Positions 26,591 through 41,730 are shown, numbered from the stretch's first letter. The stretch is DNA of 64,000 nt from Octopus sinensis (GCF_006345805.1 NC_043008.1:43214001-43278000); one strand, 5' to 3'. Notes: a model not told the origin generated them from the letters alone. Made by a program: numbers and translations.

Positions 26591-27235
26591 GCTGATTTTG
26601 GTTGAGATCAGAATTAAGAGATTCTTCTGATTGGTGGTTGTGTTTAGAATTGATTGGTCTTCTTACTATATCCATCCATCTTGTTAGGATGACACCCAAT
26701 CAAGTGAGCATCACTCAACCATATAACCATCATTCCCCTCCTCTCTCTTTCTCTCTCTCTCTCTCTCACGCTCTCTCCCTGTCTCTCTCTGTGTCTCTCT
26801 CGTTTTTTTTCTTAATGACATTTCTTTAAAAAAAATGACCATAAGAATTTTTAGACTCCGAGACTAGTGTGAGGGGAGGTGAAGGAAGGAGTTGCACTCA
26901 GACATGGGAACCGACCTAAAATGATTGTAACAGACGGGTCTCAGCTTTAAAATGGGGATGTTCACGTAAGAAAGGAGGCGAACCTTCCGATACGCTTCTG
27001 TAGTTTCCGTCTGTGGTCGATCCAAGACTAATGTAGAAGATAATTGTCCAATGTACTGCGCGTTGTGATTGAACTGAAGACCAGGTTATTACGAGATTAA
27101 TTTCTTCGTCATAGAAATAGTAGTTCGGTCTCCCTCATGTTAAGTCTTACTGTAACAAGATGCAACCACCGTCGCATTTTGACAACATAGTGCCTGATAG
27201 ACAAACACATGAAATGGTCACGGTTGGAAGGATAT

Positions 27236-27515
27236 TGATGATAGGCCTACTTCATCGGAGATTTACTGGAACTGAATAACTGCAAATCATCAACAACAAC
27301 AATAGCAGCAGCAACAACAGCCGTCCAAGAATTTGGACCTGGAGATCTCCATTTCCAGCGACTTCGAGGGCCACTTCCCAGTGGTGTCGGGCGTCAACGA
27401 AGAGCCCTCGACTACAACAAGACGACTAAAGTTTTTTTTCCCTAAGGTCTGAGGTCTCCCGCCCCTAAGCCCTAGACCACCACCTAATCACCCTTATCCG
27501 TCTTGTTGCTTAACA
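27236..27515 (+). repeat. GC-rich cassette, copy 1 (inverted homologue at 45800-46100)
   Basis: About 200-bp core roughly 90% identical by manual alignment. Confidence 0.9.
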
Positions 27516-27872
27516 ACAACAACAACAACAACAATAACAACAACAACAACAACAACAACAGCAGCAGCAGCAAATAATATATTGCAAAATGTAGTCTTAC
27601 ATATTATATTCAAATAAAAGATAGGATGGTCACGGCTGGCACACAATGTAGGTTGTCTTTGCCATAGATATATTAATGGCAGGAAAGGAAACGGGTCGCG
27701 TTTGTCGGCCAAGAGTTCGTTGGTTCAAGTTTTGAGGTGCTGAAATGCACAAATCAGTTTCGAAACACCATTGGCGGGCCTTAGTGCTTACGTTTTGTAT
27801 CCAGAACAAGTCAACTGGGATGGCTGGAGGTCAGGGTTCAATTCGTTTCACCAATACTCATACCCGGAGTAG

Positions 27873-28010
27873 AAACTGAAGGTGCATGGCCTGGTTGATT
27901 GGGCATTAAACTCAAGATATTCAGGTCGAGAGTTCAATACCTGGACAAGTCGACACATTGGGGTACTTCATTTCACGTTGCACCAGTCTGCTCGGCTGTA
28001 AATGAACAGC
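27873..28010 (+). mobile_element. Old tRNA-headed SINE (head type also seen at 42500-42622)
   Basis: GGTGCATGGCCTGG...GAGTTCAATACC...CTTCATTTCACGTTGCACCAGTC. Confidence 0.55.
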
Positions 28011-28089
28011 TCATTGATGGAGCCGCAACCCCCTCTCCCTACAGTTATTACACTTACGATGTTTCTTTCGGTTAAGTGTGAGTGGTGAG

Positions 28090-28410
28090 TAAGTCTCTAT
28101 GTCTGCGATCGGGCTCCATACGGATCCTGGGACACCATATAAGATTTGGGGGCTGAAGAGGGTCCACAAATACAATATAGTAAATTGGGGGCCCACGGTA
28201 ATTTTTCAGAGCTCATGAAAAAATTGTGCTTCAGACTAGGAATTTTTATGTGAAATAAACTGGTTAAATATATCTACAATACACAAAACATTTTAACAAT
28301 TTTTATGCAATTTCCAAAAGTATTTAATTATAAAACAACAGGACATTTTCAACATAGAATAAAATAGAAAGCAAAGAGGTCCACCTGTAAAAAATGGTTG
28401 AGAACCCCTG
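28090..28410. mobile_element. hAT-type MITE fragment
   Basis: Ends in GGTTGAGAACCCCTG; left TIR not found. Confidence 0.55.
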
Positions 28411-28738
28411 GGCTACCACAGGTATCAAAACCATTTGGGAAAATTATGGTCCATGACAACCAGTAATACTCAGAATAGAAGTCTCAGAGACTTCTGTAAG
28501 TTGCAGACGAAAAAGAAAGAAAAAAAAAAGACAGCAAGGAGGCAAAGATGAGATGGTCACGGGCGGAATGTCTTCTAAATCTGCTGACCAACACTTCGAA
28601 AATTTACGAAACACTCGGCAACTTTACTATGCTTGCATAATTGAAATGTTCATTGTCTGTAATAACACTTGAGTATAGTTGTTTGTCTCCAGCCTTAACA
28701 TCACAATATCATTGGTAAACAGATAGGATTTAATGGGT

Positions 28739-29100
28739 GGAGGTGCAATGGCCCAGTGGTTAGGGCAGCGGACTCACGGTCGTAGGATCGCGGTTTCGAT
28801 TCCCAGACCGGGCGTTTATTGAGTGAAAACACCTAAAGCTCCACGAGTTTCCGGCAGGGGATGGTGGTGATCCCTGCTGTACTCTTTCACCACAACTTTC
28901 TCTCACTTTTACTTCCTGTTTCTGTTGTACCTGTATTTCAAAGGGCCGGCCTTGTCACTCTCTGTGTCACGCTGAATATCCGTTAAGGGTACACGTGTCT
29001 GTGGAGTGCTCAGCCACTTACACATTAATTTCACGAGCAGGCTGTTCCGTTGATTCGGATCAACCGGAACCCTCGTCGTCGTAACCGACGGAGTGCTTCC
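28739..29100 (+). mobile_element. SINE family B, near full length, with probable TSD
   Basis: TGGCCCAGTGG and GGTTTCGATTCC boxes; AGGATTTAA(T)GGG occurs on both flanks. Confidence 0.9.
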
Positions 29101-29717
29101 ATTCCAGGATTTAAGGGAGAATGTAACTGTTATTTTTAGCTAGGCGAGTAGCTACAAAATCTCGCTGTTTGGATCACCATTTTTACTGTTATAGTTTCTT
29201 TTTAGCCCCAGGCCGGTGTTGATTGATCAAAAGTATTCGAGCCACGATCATCACGCCTTTTTAGTTCTACGTTATCCCACGTGTTCTTCTTTGCTTGACA
29301 CAGTGATATTTGACATCAAAGAAAATTTGCTGCTATTTTTAGCAGTTTCAGCGGCGGGGTGGGGGTGGGGGTGGGGGTGACGTTATCTTTAGCGCACTTT
29401 GGGCCGGTGATGGCGGTTCGGGGTCATTGAAGAGTTAAATGCTTTTACCGAAAAACACAGAATGCTATCAGTGCTAGTGCTGTCATACGGTTTGAACTGG
29501 TGACCTCCCGGTTCATTGTCTATTACCCTATTCACGGGACCGTCTGTCTGTGGTGCCATTGCTATACATTAAACCATTAATTACCGTCATTCTCTCACAG
29601 GAATCATTCTATCAATTTACTGAAGACCATTCTGCACCAGAATCCATTCAGCTGGCAGAAAATATTTCCTTTAATCATTATCCAATCTCCCCCACCTCTC
29701 TCTCTCTCTCTCTCTCT

Positions 29718-29748
<31 letters not shown>

Positions 29749-29941
29749 GAACACTATATACACATACACACAAGCACACTTACATATATTCATTCGCTCT
29801 ATTTTACTTCTCGTCCATTTCAGTAGATGCTTACTTTGACCGCAGTTTAAGATACACACACACACACGTGTGTGTATATACATATCCATATGCATACTAC
29901 ATATCATCTTATTTACATCTCTCCTTGTTCATATACACAAA

Positions 29942-30042
<101 letters not shown>

Positions 30043-31098
30043 GTGTTGTGTGTGTGTGTGTGTGTATGCGTGTGGATGTGTGTGTGTATCTATATAGAGG
30101 GGTATATCATATATTTATATATACATATATGGGTATGCACATATATATGTATACATATATATATCTATGGATACACACACACACACACACACAGAGTGTC
30201 TCTCACTTCTCTCTTTCCCTCTCTCTTTCTCTTCATCTTTTGCTATTTTTATTCCTACCAAAATATATCTTCATTTTCTTTCTATTCATGGTTAATCTCT
30301 TCATTTTCTTATCTTTCTGTCATTCTAGATATTCTCTGCTTCCACCCATCACTACCTTTCCTCTCCCCACCTCTCTCACTCTTCTCTCTCTCTCTCTTCC
30401 TCTCTCAAGCATCACTCTCTTCTTTCTTCCCTCTCTTCACAATCCACACGACCATACTGAAATCATCTTCCATCGATTAAAATCAGGTTCTGCTATTCAT
30501 CTTTTTCCTGCAGCATGCTAAACACTTCACTGCAAGAACTCGGAGCACTAAAGACCATAATGGTAATCTTGGAGACGAATTTTTTTTTTATCCTTCCATT
30601 TCTTCTTTCAACTTTCTCCCCCCCCCCTCTGCCCCACTCCTCTACCGATTCTTAAGCTGAAGGATCGTCAAATAAATATATTTAAAAGAAACCTCCGTTT
30701 AGCTTCTCATTGAATACATCTCAGACCCACTTCTCTGTTGGAAGAAATAATAATTGCTCTCCAAAGAGAATTCTTCAAAGGAACAGACATAAACATTGCC
30801 AGATACGTCCCCACCATCACACACACACACACACACACATACACACACAACACACACACACACACACACACAAGATGTAGTAATAAACGACTGTGTATAT
30901 GTGTGTGCATGTGCACGCTCATTATATTTGTGTATGAAAGTGCGCCTACATGTGTACATGTGAATGTCCGTGGCCTTGTTTATGCTGTGGTCTTACAACT
31001 TAGTAGGTCGATTAATAGTACCTGATGCAATGTGACTGAGACTTTAAAATAATAGAGATCGATACAGTATGAATGAATGACTGCATGTATGTGTTCGT

Positions 31099-31146
<48 letters not shown>

Positions 31147-31149
31147 ATA

Positions 31150-31310
31150 TAGGGAGAAGTCACAAAAAAAGACGAAGACAGGTGGTGTAGACAACAAACA
31201 GATGTATTATTATAATGCTCGGGAAGTGAAAATGTCGTTAAGTTTTCGAGCCTACGCTCTTCCCCAGAAAGGAACACAGAAAGAAACAAGGAGAGAAAAT
31301 AAAGATATCA
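31150..31310. mobile_element. Penelope-like terminal-repeat fragment, copy 2
   Basis: Homologous to 350-540. Confidence 0.55.
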
Positions 31311-31687
31311 ACAATTTTTTTCTTCTTCCTTTCCTTCTCTTTTTCTTTAACATTACTTTCAGATACAAACACACACACTCACACACATATATATATATAC
31401 ACACACACGCGCGCTCTCTCTCACTTTCTCCCTATTCCTCACCCTCTTGTACTATCTTATATCTCTCTCCACCCCTAGGCACTCAATAATACTATAAAAA
31501 GAGACAAAATTCCTGCAAAAGTTCAATTTGACTACACCACTAGAGTGGACGAAAGCCCTAATATATGATATATGATTTATAAAAAATAAGTATCTATAAA
31601 TATAAAACCATCCAGATTTCTGAGTACCTCATTTCTTCTAATATATAATACCTGTACATCATCTCCAGACCTTCTAATATATGTATG

Positions 31688-31721
<34 letters not shown>

Positions 31722-32132
31722 ATGTATATATATATATATGTATATGCATGTATGTGTATATATATACACGCACACACTTTCCCTCTCTCTCTCCCACACA
31801 CACTCTCCCTCTCTCTCTCTCTCTCTCACACTCACATATATATATATATGTACATGTATTTATGAAACGTTATAATCTTCTTTTTCCGTTTTACTCTCTG
31901 AAGCAACAGTTGTACCAACGAGATAGCAGAGATGGGAATGCGAAATGCGAATACACAATTACAGAACAAATGAATAAATATAAATTAATTTGCTATTCTT
32001 GTTTTTTAAATTTCAGAAAAAATTTATAAAATTATATCATTATTCATCCTGAAAGAATGTATTATGAATCTCTCCCTCTCTTTCTCTCTGAATATATATA
32101 TATACATATATATATCTATATATATATATATC

Positions 32133-32185
<53 letters not shown>

Positions 32186-33224
32186 GTGCGTGTGTGTGTG
32201 CGTGTGTGTACGTGTGTGTGTGTGTGTATGTATACATATGGTATTCATGCGTGTGTGTTCGTTTATATGTGTGTGTACTGGTGTAGTTCTTTGGTTCATT
32301 CAACGATTCTGGTTTATACCAGTGATCCGTTATATTCGGAGCTGAATTTATCGACCAGCAAACTTGTAACAACTTCAAGATACGAGATCAGTGAAGTCAT
32401 TCTACAGAGAATGGCGGCGTTATTGTTTTTCACTGTGAAACTTCTATTATGATTTTCAATAACGCACACACACACACACACGTCCTCTCTGCATACACAC
32501 CCATACACCCACATACATACAGACTGATTATGAAACCGTGCACTTCAAATATACACATAAACTCACACACACACACACACAACCAATCACGTATACACAC
32601 ACGGATGCACACACACACACACATAAAACACTGATACAAACACACAACCAATCACAAAAGAGCTCACACAGAGTAGCTATTAAACTATGCGCTACACACA
32701 CGCATACTCACACACATACACACTCTCATACACACATACACACACGGACACCCCCGCACACACACGGACCCGCCACACACATTCACACATATACAAAAAC
32801 ACACAAACACACAAACACACACTCACACATGCACACATACACACTCACACACAAACTCACACACAAACTCACACAAACAGAAACGCACTCACAAACACGA
32901 CGCTCACGGACACAGCCATACACTGACACAAACACATACACACAGACAGACAAATGAATTACGAAATTACGTGCTACACACAAACCCCTTCCCCACTCAC
33001 AAACACAAAGCACCCCCCACCTTCTCCAACCCCACCCCACCCCACCCCACTCCACAGATTAATTGCGAAACTATAAACTAAACATCTGATATAAAGGATT
33101 TAAATACAAATCCCTCGACCGACAAAAACGCTAAGTTTAGAAGAGCTTCTGCGTCAATATGTAAGTCTATACTGACAAATGTGTGTATGCGTGCGTGTGT
33201 GTGTGTGTGTGTGTGTGCTTGTTT

Positions 33225-33765
33225 CTCCCCTCCGCCTCACATACACACTGTTTGGCAATCATTGTTAGTCGTAAATTAGCGGTTCGGCAAAATGGACCGA
33301 TCAAATGAGTACTGAACTTGAAACAATTAATAAGTAATGAGATTAATTTCTTTGACTAAACCCCTCGAGAGGGTGCCCCAGCATGGCCGCAATCATATAA
33401 TTAAAACAAATTAATGACAAAAGATATGTGGAGTTTTCCTGTATTTCTCCGTGGACAGCGAAATAAGTTGTATACATAACACTGAGGAAGATTCTAATTA
33501 GATTCGAAACCTGGACCATGGCTTTCGCTTTTCCCTCTATCAACTGAGAAAGAAATCAGTGAACGCACCGACTATTATTCAACTGTAGGGTCAGGGCCTG
33601 AAATTTGGGGAAGTCGATTACATCCACACAAGATCTCAACTTATTCGTGAAAAGAATAAAAAAGTCGGGTTGATTGCGGTAGAATTTGAACTCAGGTCGT
33701 AATGTGTCGGAAAAAATGACACTAATTACTTTGTCTGACGTGCTAACGATTCTGCCAGCTCGCCG
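33225..33765. mobile_element. SINE C tail (+, about 33225-33410) and SINE A (-, about 33590-33765)
   Basis: Diverged matches to the family motifs. Confidence 0.7.
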
Positions 33766-34244
33766 TCAAAGGACGACAGAAAGTATAAAAGAAAAATGAC
33801 GTATTTATTTCTCTTCAGGGCCAATTTGCGAGTTTATGGAAATAATTATGGATCAATTATTAAGAGCAATTAAGAAATAAATTGTAAGTGTCAAGAGAGG
33901 ATACCTTTTAATGGAGAACTATTTCAATTTTATGAAACTGGAAAATTTCCAGAGGTTGGTGAAGGTAAAATTATTTTAAATAAATTGACAATGACAATGG
34001 CGCGGAAGAGCAGTTAGCTTGATGGTATTCTCGATGGAGAATGGTGAGGAAGGAAGGAAGGAAGGAAAGAAGAAAGGGAGGGAGGAAAGAAGGAAGGGAG
34101 GGAGGAAGGAAGGAGTGAAGTGATCATCTTTTGGATCTGACCATACAAGTTGTGAAAGGTGATCTCACAACTTATTGGCAAAAATCCTGTTTTCTCTTCA
34201 GACATTAAGTCTACAACTCAAATCTCGTTTACTCCCGTGGAAAT

Positions 34245-34362
34245 ACATACATACATACATAAATACATACATACATACATACATACATACATACATACAT
34301 ACATACATGCATACATACATACATACATACATGCATGCATGCATACATACATACATACATAT

Positions 34363-34393
<31 letters not shown>

Positions 34394-34650
34394 CATACAT
34401 ACATACATACATACACACATACATACATGCATGCATGCATACATACATACATACATACACACATACATACATACATGCATGCAAACATACATATATACAT
34501 ACATACACACATACATACATGCATGCATACATACATACAGATAGATAGATAGATAAATAGATAGATAGACAGATATATATATATATATATATATGTGTTC
34601 ATATGTATATCAGCATATGTATACACACACACATATATACATATATATAT

Positions 34651-34693
<43 letters not shown>

Positions 34694-34928
34694 TACACAC
34701 ACATACACACACATATACACATACACATATCTATGTATGTGTTTGATCTGTATACTTACAATCATACTTTCATATGTATGGGTGCACGCAGTAGGCATAT
34801 ATATATACATACACACACACACACATATATATATGCATATATATATATATATATATTGTTGGTGTGTGTGTGTGTGTGTATATATGTATATATATAATAT
34901 GTGTTGTGTGTGTATGTATGTATATAAA

Positions 34929-34988
<60 letters not shown>

Positions 34989-35020
34989 ATATATAATATA
35001 TATATATATATATATACATA
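34245..35020. repeat. Compound (ATAC)/(AT)/(GT) microsatellites
   Basis: Directly visible. Confidence 0.95.
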
Positions 35021-35411
35021 TGTTTGAGTATATGTAATGTACGTACCTTCACATGAAAGCCTATGCCGTTAAAACGTAAGTCTTTTTCTCTTGCAGGAAT
35101 TATCTGTCGGTGTATAAAAAAAGAAACAAACAATTTGAATAAATACAGCAAAACCTTTAAACTTTTCTTTGTCTCCCATTGCTTAAAGATGCCAACCGCA
35201 TTGCATATTGCATATTTATGACTATTTTCCTGCAGTTTTTCTGTAGAGAACCACATCGTTAATTCGGAACTTCACGATGGAACTTTGTCTGTAAATGCTT
35301 GTAGCGCCAAAATTGTTCTGTGGCTACCGTTATCATTGTATTGCTTGCTACTGCCATATCGACACAACTGCATTATCTTCTACTCTCTCTCTCTCTCTAT
35401 CTGTCTTTCTT

Positions 35412-35505
<94 letters not shown>

Positions 35506-38500
35506 TTATGTTAGCAATCCATTGGATCGATATTCGCACGAAACACTCCTCCGCCGCCGCTTGTGGCTGCTTTTCGGTTGAAAAATCTTTTCAGAGTCGT
35601 TTTCTTTCGTCCTCAGCTGAAACCTGATTGTCGCTAGCGTTTCGTTTCCTTTTTTTTCCTTTTTTTTTCTTTGAGAAGAAAAATCCCAAAATTTTTGGGT
35701 AAGATAAAAGGAACACTGATGATGGATGGCGTTGGTGGAGGTTGTTATGGTGGCCGCGATGATGGTGATAACGGTGGTGGAGATGGTTACCGGTGGTGCT
35801 GGTGGTTGGTGATAGTGGTGGTTGAGGTGGTTGCAGTGGTGGTGATGGTGGTGGTTGAAATGGTTATGGTGGTGGTGGTGGTAGTGGTGGCGGTGGTTAC
35901 GGTGGCAGTGCTGGTGGTGATGGTAGTGTTGGAGGTGGTGGTGTTGCTGTTCTGAAATTTGTGTATTTACCAAGCCACATTACAGACCTACTTGGAAACG
36001 GTTGGCTTCCGCCGAGTCTCATAAATCTAGTACAGATTTAACTTACCGGAAATCTATTTGTTGTCGTCAAAATTCTAGCGCCATATTGGTTTGTTGTTAT
36101 TCAGCTCGAACTCAGCCTCTAAGCAGCATTATGCAATCAAAAGCTTTCCAAATGTGGCCAACTGAGCGTTGTGCATGCCAAGGAATAAAGTGACCAATTA
36201 AAAGAAGCTGGCTATGATCTGAGTGAGTTTTCGCTGCTGTTTCTAGCGGCTTGAATGACTTCCTTTGTCCGCATCATTACATGTTCATTACATGTCGTTG
36301 GTTTTCCGGATTTTTAGTTGTTGTTGCTTTTAAACCCAATTTCCTCCTATATCTTACAAAAACCTATGGACGAAGGTGTTCCTGCTGTTACCGTCCAAAT
36401 AAATCCATACACCGTGAGCCTTCATCTAATGTGTCCTTTTTCTAGAACAACAATTTATAATTTAGGGACCTTTATTTGGCATGATTTGGGGGGTCTTTAT
36501 TTGACATGTCTGGCACGTCGAGTGGTCACGTAGTGGATTACTTTCGTTGTTATTGGTGATAGTGATTGTGATGTTGATATTGCCGTTGTTTAACACCAAG
36601 TCACTGATCCTTCGGCACGCATCGATCAAAGCGGTTCCAGTCGTGTGCGTCCCATAGAATTCAAGGTTTAAATGCTTAATCGAAGCTTAGATTATCCACT
36701 GTTTTCTTCCTTTTGTGCCATGAACGAATCGGGTTGTTGTTTCTATTGTTGTGACTACAGGGGACGGGGGGGGGTTCCTTGTCTTACACTTATCAGTTGG
36801 ATTAAATTGGGCATAAATTCTTGGAGCTTGTGATGTAGGAAATGAGATGAAAAGACTTTCATGCGTTTCTCATCAGCGAATGTGACGTAAGTGAGTGGAC
36901 CGAGCCAGGTTTTCGAGTAAGCTCATTGCCAGTCAATGAGCTGTAAAATGGCACTTAAAGCATGAATGGAATCTAAGATATCCGAAATAAAAGGAACAGA
37001 TGGTTCGCACAGTACCACACTGCCGTTTTTGAACATACGTAAAATTAGTACAATTTATTCGTAATACAAATATTTGTGAATTAAAATGTATATTGATTTA
37101 GTTTATCAGGGTTTTGATTCGGTGTGAATGTCTCCTAGAAAAGCGGCCATTTTATTTCTCCTTTGCACTCATTCAACCTTTCTACTATTTCTACGAACCA
37201 AATTCCTCAGGTTGACAGCCTATGTTGGGTTCAATCATCGTTTTGGCAAGATTACGGTTGATTTATTTCTCTCGGTTACTTATTGGAAGACTACGTAAAA
37301 CTGATAAAAGTAAAAGAATATATGAATATAAAAAAATAAATAGAATTAGTAAGGAATCGGAAAAAACGGTGCGGATGTAACATAACATTTATTTATTCTT
37401 TGAAAAGTATAAAATAGAAAAATCGAGGGAAACATATTTTAAGAAGTATTAGAATAGTTCATGGAATGAAGAAGCGATTATATATGAAGCAGAATTACCT
37501 GCATCGAGATGAATATTAATATAAGGAATACATGTTATGTCGGTATGATAGAAGGCATATTCAAACAGCGGTAGAAAAATGGGGAACAAATACTCAATTA
37601 CATCCAGAATTTGAGAGAACATACCGCTGATTTGAGAAGGAATGGAAGGTTCTCGAACAACGCGGACCATATAGAAATAGAACTGAAAGATACAAGTTTC
37701 TGTGTAGTTGGAAGGAATCATATTCTTCTGTAAGTTAACTGAGTAAATCAGAGATCTTTATGAAAATCTATCTGTTTGGTAATTACTTTTTAAAACCTGG
37801 AATATTAGACCATCACCTGATAAAATGGATGGATATGCAACCATCATATATTCTCCTCATTTTGATAATCTTACACTATCTATAATCTTTATACATAAAA
37901 GTACAGATCAATAATTCTCACTATTTTCCATTTCTGCTTTATTCATTTATTTAGCTTTCCTGATCTCACTTATATTCCTTATAATTCTCTGCATTTCGTT
38001 ATATTTCTTGTACGACTTTAATTATATTATATTCTTCCTTCATTTTTTCTTATTTCATACATTTAAAGAAAAGAAAAATCAAGTTAATTCTTCGCTAAAA
38101 TATTAGTAAAAATCTGTCTGTCATGATATTCGATCAATCATATATTTTACCAACACGGCGAAAAAAAAGCTTTTAACGAAAAATCGTTATTTAATGAAGA
38201 AAAATTGATTCAAATTTCCATTCAGAAATATTATCTCCGCACTTTAATTGTTTTTGTTTTGGCTGCAGGTCAGTCCTGATAAAGTAGATCTATAACCAAA
38301 AGCATTCCAAACGTGACCATCCTGTTTCTTTCAACATAATGTATCTACGAATGCATTACTCAGCACATCCTTTCTGGTTAAAAACGGTAGGGTGTCATAT
38401 AATCTATATTTGACCACACTGAGCCTTCGAATATCACTGGTTAAGATCGTGGAGTAATCGATGAGTTAACTCCGGCACGGATGCACAACGATGCGGTTTC

Positions 38501-38734
38501 AATCTACCGTTGCATTAAAAAAACAACGTTCCCTTTCCCTAGTAATAGATTAGGTAATGCATAAACATCACAACACTGTCTGAAACCGAAGACCCTTTAC
38601 CATAACAGATGTGTATCATAAAGCAAGAAGTAAACTTTCAATGTTTCCGTTTCACTTCGTTTTTCTTGTTTAATTCCAATTCACTTCTGGCCGAGCATTG
38701 CATAAGTCTTCTAGAAAACGCAGCTAACTTCTTA

Positions 38735-38875
38735 TACGGCCTTGGGCCGATGAAAGGCAGCGTGAGTGGATTTTGTAGACGGAAATTGAAAGAAGCCTGT
38801 TGTGATTATATATATATATATGTATGTTTTTCACTGTTTGATTTGCATAATAGTGGTTTTATCTCTAATTTAATA

Positions 38876-38919
<44 letters not shown>

Positions 38920-39180
38920 TCACATATATATTTATGTATGTGTGTTGTGTGTGTGTGTGTGTGTGTATGTGTGTGTGTCTGTGTCTGTGTTTGTCCCCTA
39001 CCACCTCTTGATAACCGGTGCTGGTGTGTTTGCGTCCCTATGCATTAGCGGTTCACCAAAAGAGACCCTAGAATGAGTACCAGGTTTTAAAAAGTACTGG
39101 GGGCGATTTACTCGACTAAAATTCTTCGAGGCGGTGCTCTAGTATGGCCGCAGTCTAATGCCTAAAACAAAAATACAAAA
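38735..39180 (+). mobile_element. SINE family C, 5' truncated, with expanded internal microsatellite
   Basis: GAGTGGATTTTGTAGACGGAAA...(AT)(GT)...GGCGGTGCTCTAGTATGGCCGCAGTC. Confidence 0.8.
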
Positions 39181-40309
39181 GAAATGACAAAAGATTACCA
39201 AGACCTTCGCGTCTCTTTCAGATACAATATCCATTGCTTCCTTCTTTTAAAACAGTAAGGTGCGTTTTGAGGTTGATTTAGCTGTTGTTTTAGCACTTGG
39301 ACGGACGCTTCGCTATTATTTGCTTTTTTAAAATGTTATGAATTTGATCATTTTCTAATATATTGATTGTAAAAGTAAAACAATAAAAATAACATCTGAT
39401 ATCACTTTTTTTCTTTTTCAACTCTACAGACGGCTCCACAAGGGGCCAACTTTCGATTGACTTGCTAGAAATGGCAGACGGCACTCTCTAAGGCCAGATA
39501 TGGCTCCTTAAAAACGAAAAGTGCATGTCTGTCAATGTCGTCGAACATGTTTCTAATTGGTTGGTCGCATCCGGAACATCTGTGTTTATAAGCTTCTGAT
39601 GGATAAGGGCTAAACCGCTATGAAAGAACATCTCCATGATCGTCGAGTCTGCTAAGCATAGCAGTTAATATCTCTCAAACCACAACGTAACCCCTTTAAA
39701 AAATGAAGAGCATGCTAAAATAACAACGACATACACAACATGGTATCATGTTTTACAAATGCTTACCAAGCTAAACCAATATTCTTTGTGGCACCGAAGA
39801 ACAGGAGAGTTAAAGCTTTCTGCATTTCCTGTGCGAGGCAGAATATGTTTCAATGACCGAAAGAAGACATTTGTTTTTCTGTTTTAATACCCTGTGGACA
39901 ACATCGTATTTCTATTCTTTCCTTTAATTTATTTTGAAGCAGGAATATAATTATACAATGGAAGTATAAATAGGATTTAATAAAGAAACGCACTGAGATG
40001 TTTCTTCTCTTGTCAAAAGTAACGCTACCTCATCGCCATCTTGCAGTTTTCTTATGAATACTGAATTCGTTCTAAGTTGAAAATTGAATTATTTGTTCTT
40101 TTTATCAGTTTTGCTGACGTCGTCCTATACTTGTTGATTCAGTTTCCTGTTTGTGTTTCTTTCAAATTTCTTTAGATTTTACATCGGTGTCTCGTTTCCA
40201 TCTTTTGGTGTCTATTTTGGCATGACAGTGTTGTTAAGAAGTTACTTCGAAATCAAGTTGTTCTGGGTTCCAGTTCGCGGACATTTGTCAAGTACATATA
40301 TATATAAAA

Positions 40310-40351
<42 letters not shown>

Positions 40352-40437
40352 ATTATATAGATAGATAGATATATTACATATATAGTAACATATACATACA
40401 TATATATAATATATATTATATATATATATTATATATA

Positions 40438-40477
<40 letters not shown>

Positions 40478-40522
40478 TATACACATATACTATATATATT
40501 ATATATATATATATCAAATGAG

Positions 40523-40579
40523 TATCAAATGAGTTATCAGCTGCTAAAGTGTGTATACATTTTTTTGGGACACCCTGTA

Positions 40580-40617
<38 letters not shown>

Positions 40618-40700
40618 GATTATATATATACATACATGCATATATATGTATATGGATATATATATATACATGCATACATAATATATATATATATATATAT

Positions 40701-40752
<52 letters not shown>

Positions 40753-40831
40753 ATATATATATATATATATATAATACAGGGTGTCCCAAAAAAATGTATA
40801 CACACTTTAGCAGCTGATAACTCATTTGATA
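40523..40831. repeat. Perfect 57-bp inverted repeat (40523-40579 and 40775-40831) around an (AT)n-rich tract
   Basis: Base-by-base reverse complement match. Confidence 0.95.
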
Positions 40832-40990
40832 TTTTTTCTTTCCAGATGAAACCTATAGGATTTAATGATGGCAGTCAGATTAAGCTTTGAACAAAGAAAA
40901 TTCATTCTAAAATGATACTGGAAGTGTGAAAATGCAGTTGAAGTGCAAAAACGAGTTAAAGTATGCATTACATTTTTTGGGGACACCCTG
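40777..40990 (+). mobile_element. Tc1/mariner-superfamily internal-deletion derivative (MITE)
   Basis: TIRs CAGGGTGTCCC...AAAAATGTA and TACATTTTTT.GGGACACCCTG with TA on both sides; 40868 onward reads MAVRLSFEQRKFILK*YWKCENAVEVQKR, like the N-terminal HTH of Tc1/mariner transposases. Confidence 0.8.
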
Positions 40991-41569
40991 TATATATATA
41001 TACACATACATACATATATGTATGTATATATATATATATCTATATATTATATATATTAATATATATGGGAGGATATTTACGTGTCCCTTCCCCCATCACC
41101 TGTGTGGATGTGTAGATAACCTTCCATAGAAACGCAAAACTGAAAAACGCTGCATGTAAATTCAAACAAACCTTTTGCACAGTTAGCTCCAAGTTTATTT
41201 ATTTTTCTGGCAGATGAAGGGAAGGATCGGTTCTTCCTTCCTACGATAATGCAATATAATATGTGCGTTGCAACTGCAAGCAGTGATCTAAGAGATTTAA
41301 TAAGCAAACGAATATATATTTGCTACGATGCATTGTAATGGCGGGTCAGAGCGTGAGCAGGGGAGACAACAGTGGCGTTAATTTCTACCTCAGTTCTTTG
41401 ATATTCCACAAATTATTTCTATTATATATATATATATATAATATAATTATTTTTATTAAATATATATATATGTGTGTGTGTGTATTTATTTATTTATTAG
41501 ATTCGATTAATATATATATTGACGTTTAAAAGTATTTATAAATAAATTTATAAACATGCATGCATATAT

Positions 41570-41621
41570 GTACATCTATCTATCTATCTATCTATCTATC
41601 CTTCTATCTATCTATCTATCC

Positions 41622-41668
<47 letters not shown>

Positions 41669-41689
41669 CTTCTATCTATCTATCTATCC

Positions 41690-41730
<41 letters not shown>

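Noticed and set aside
36040-36100. Minus-strand ATGGCG followed by a GTAAGT donor
   Set aside because: The ATG frame stops after five codons and there is no supporting promoter evidence.
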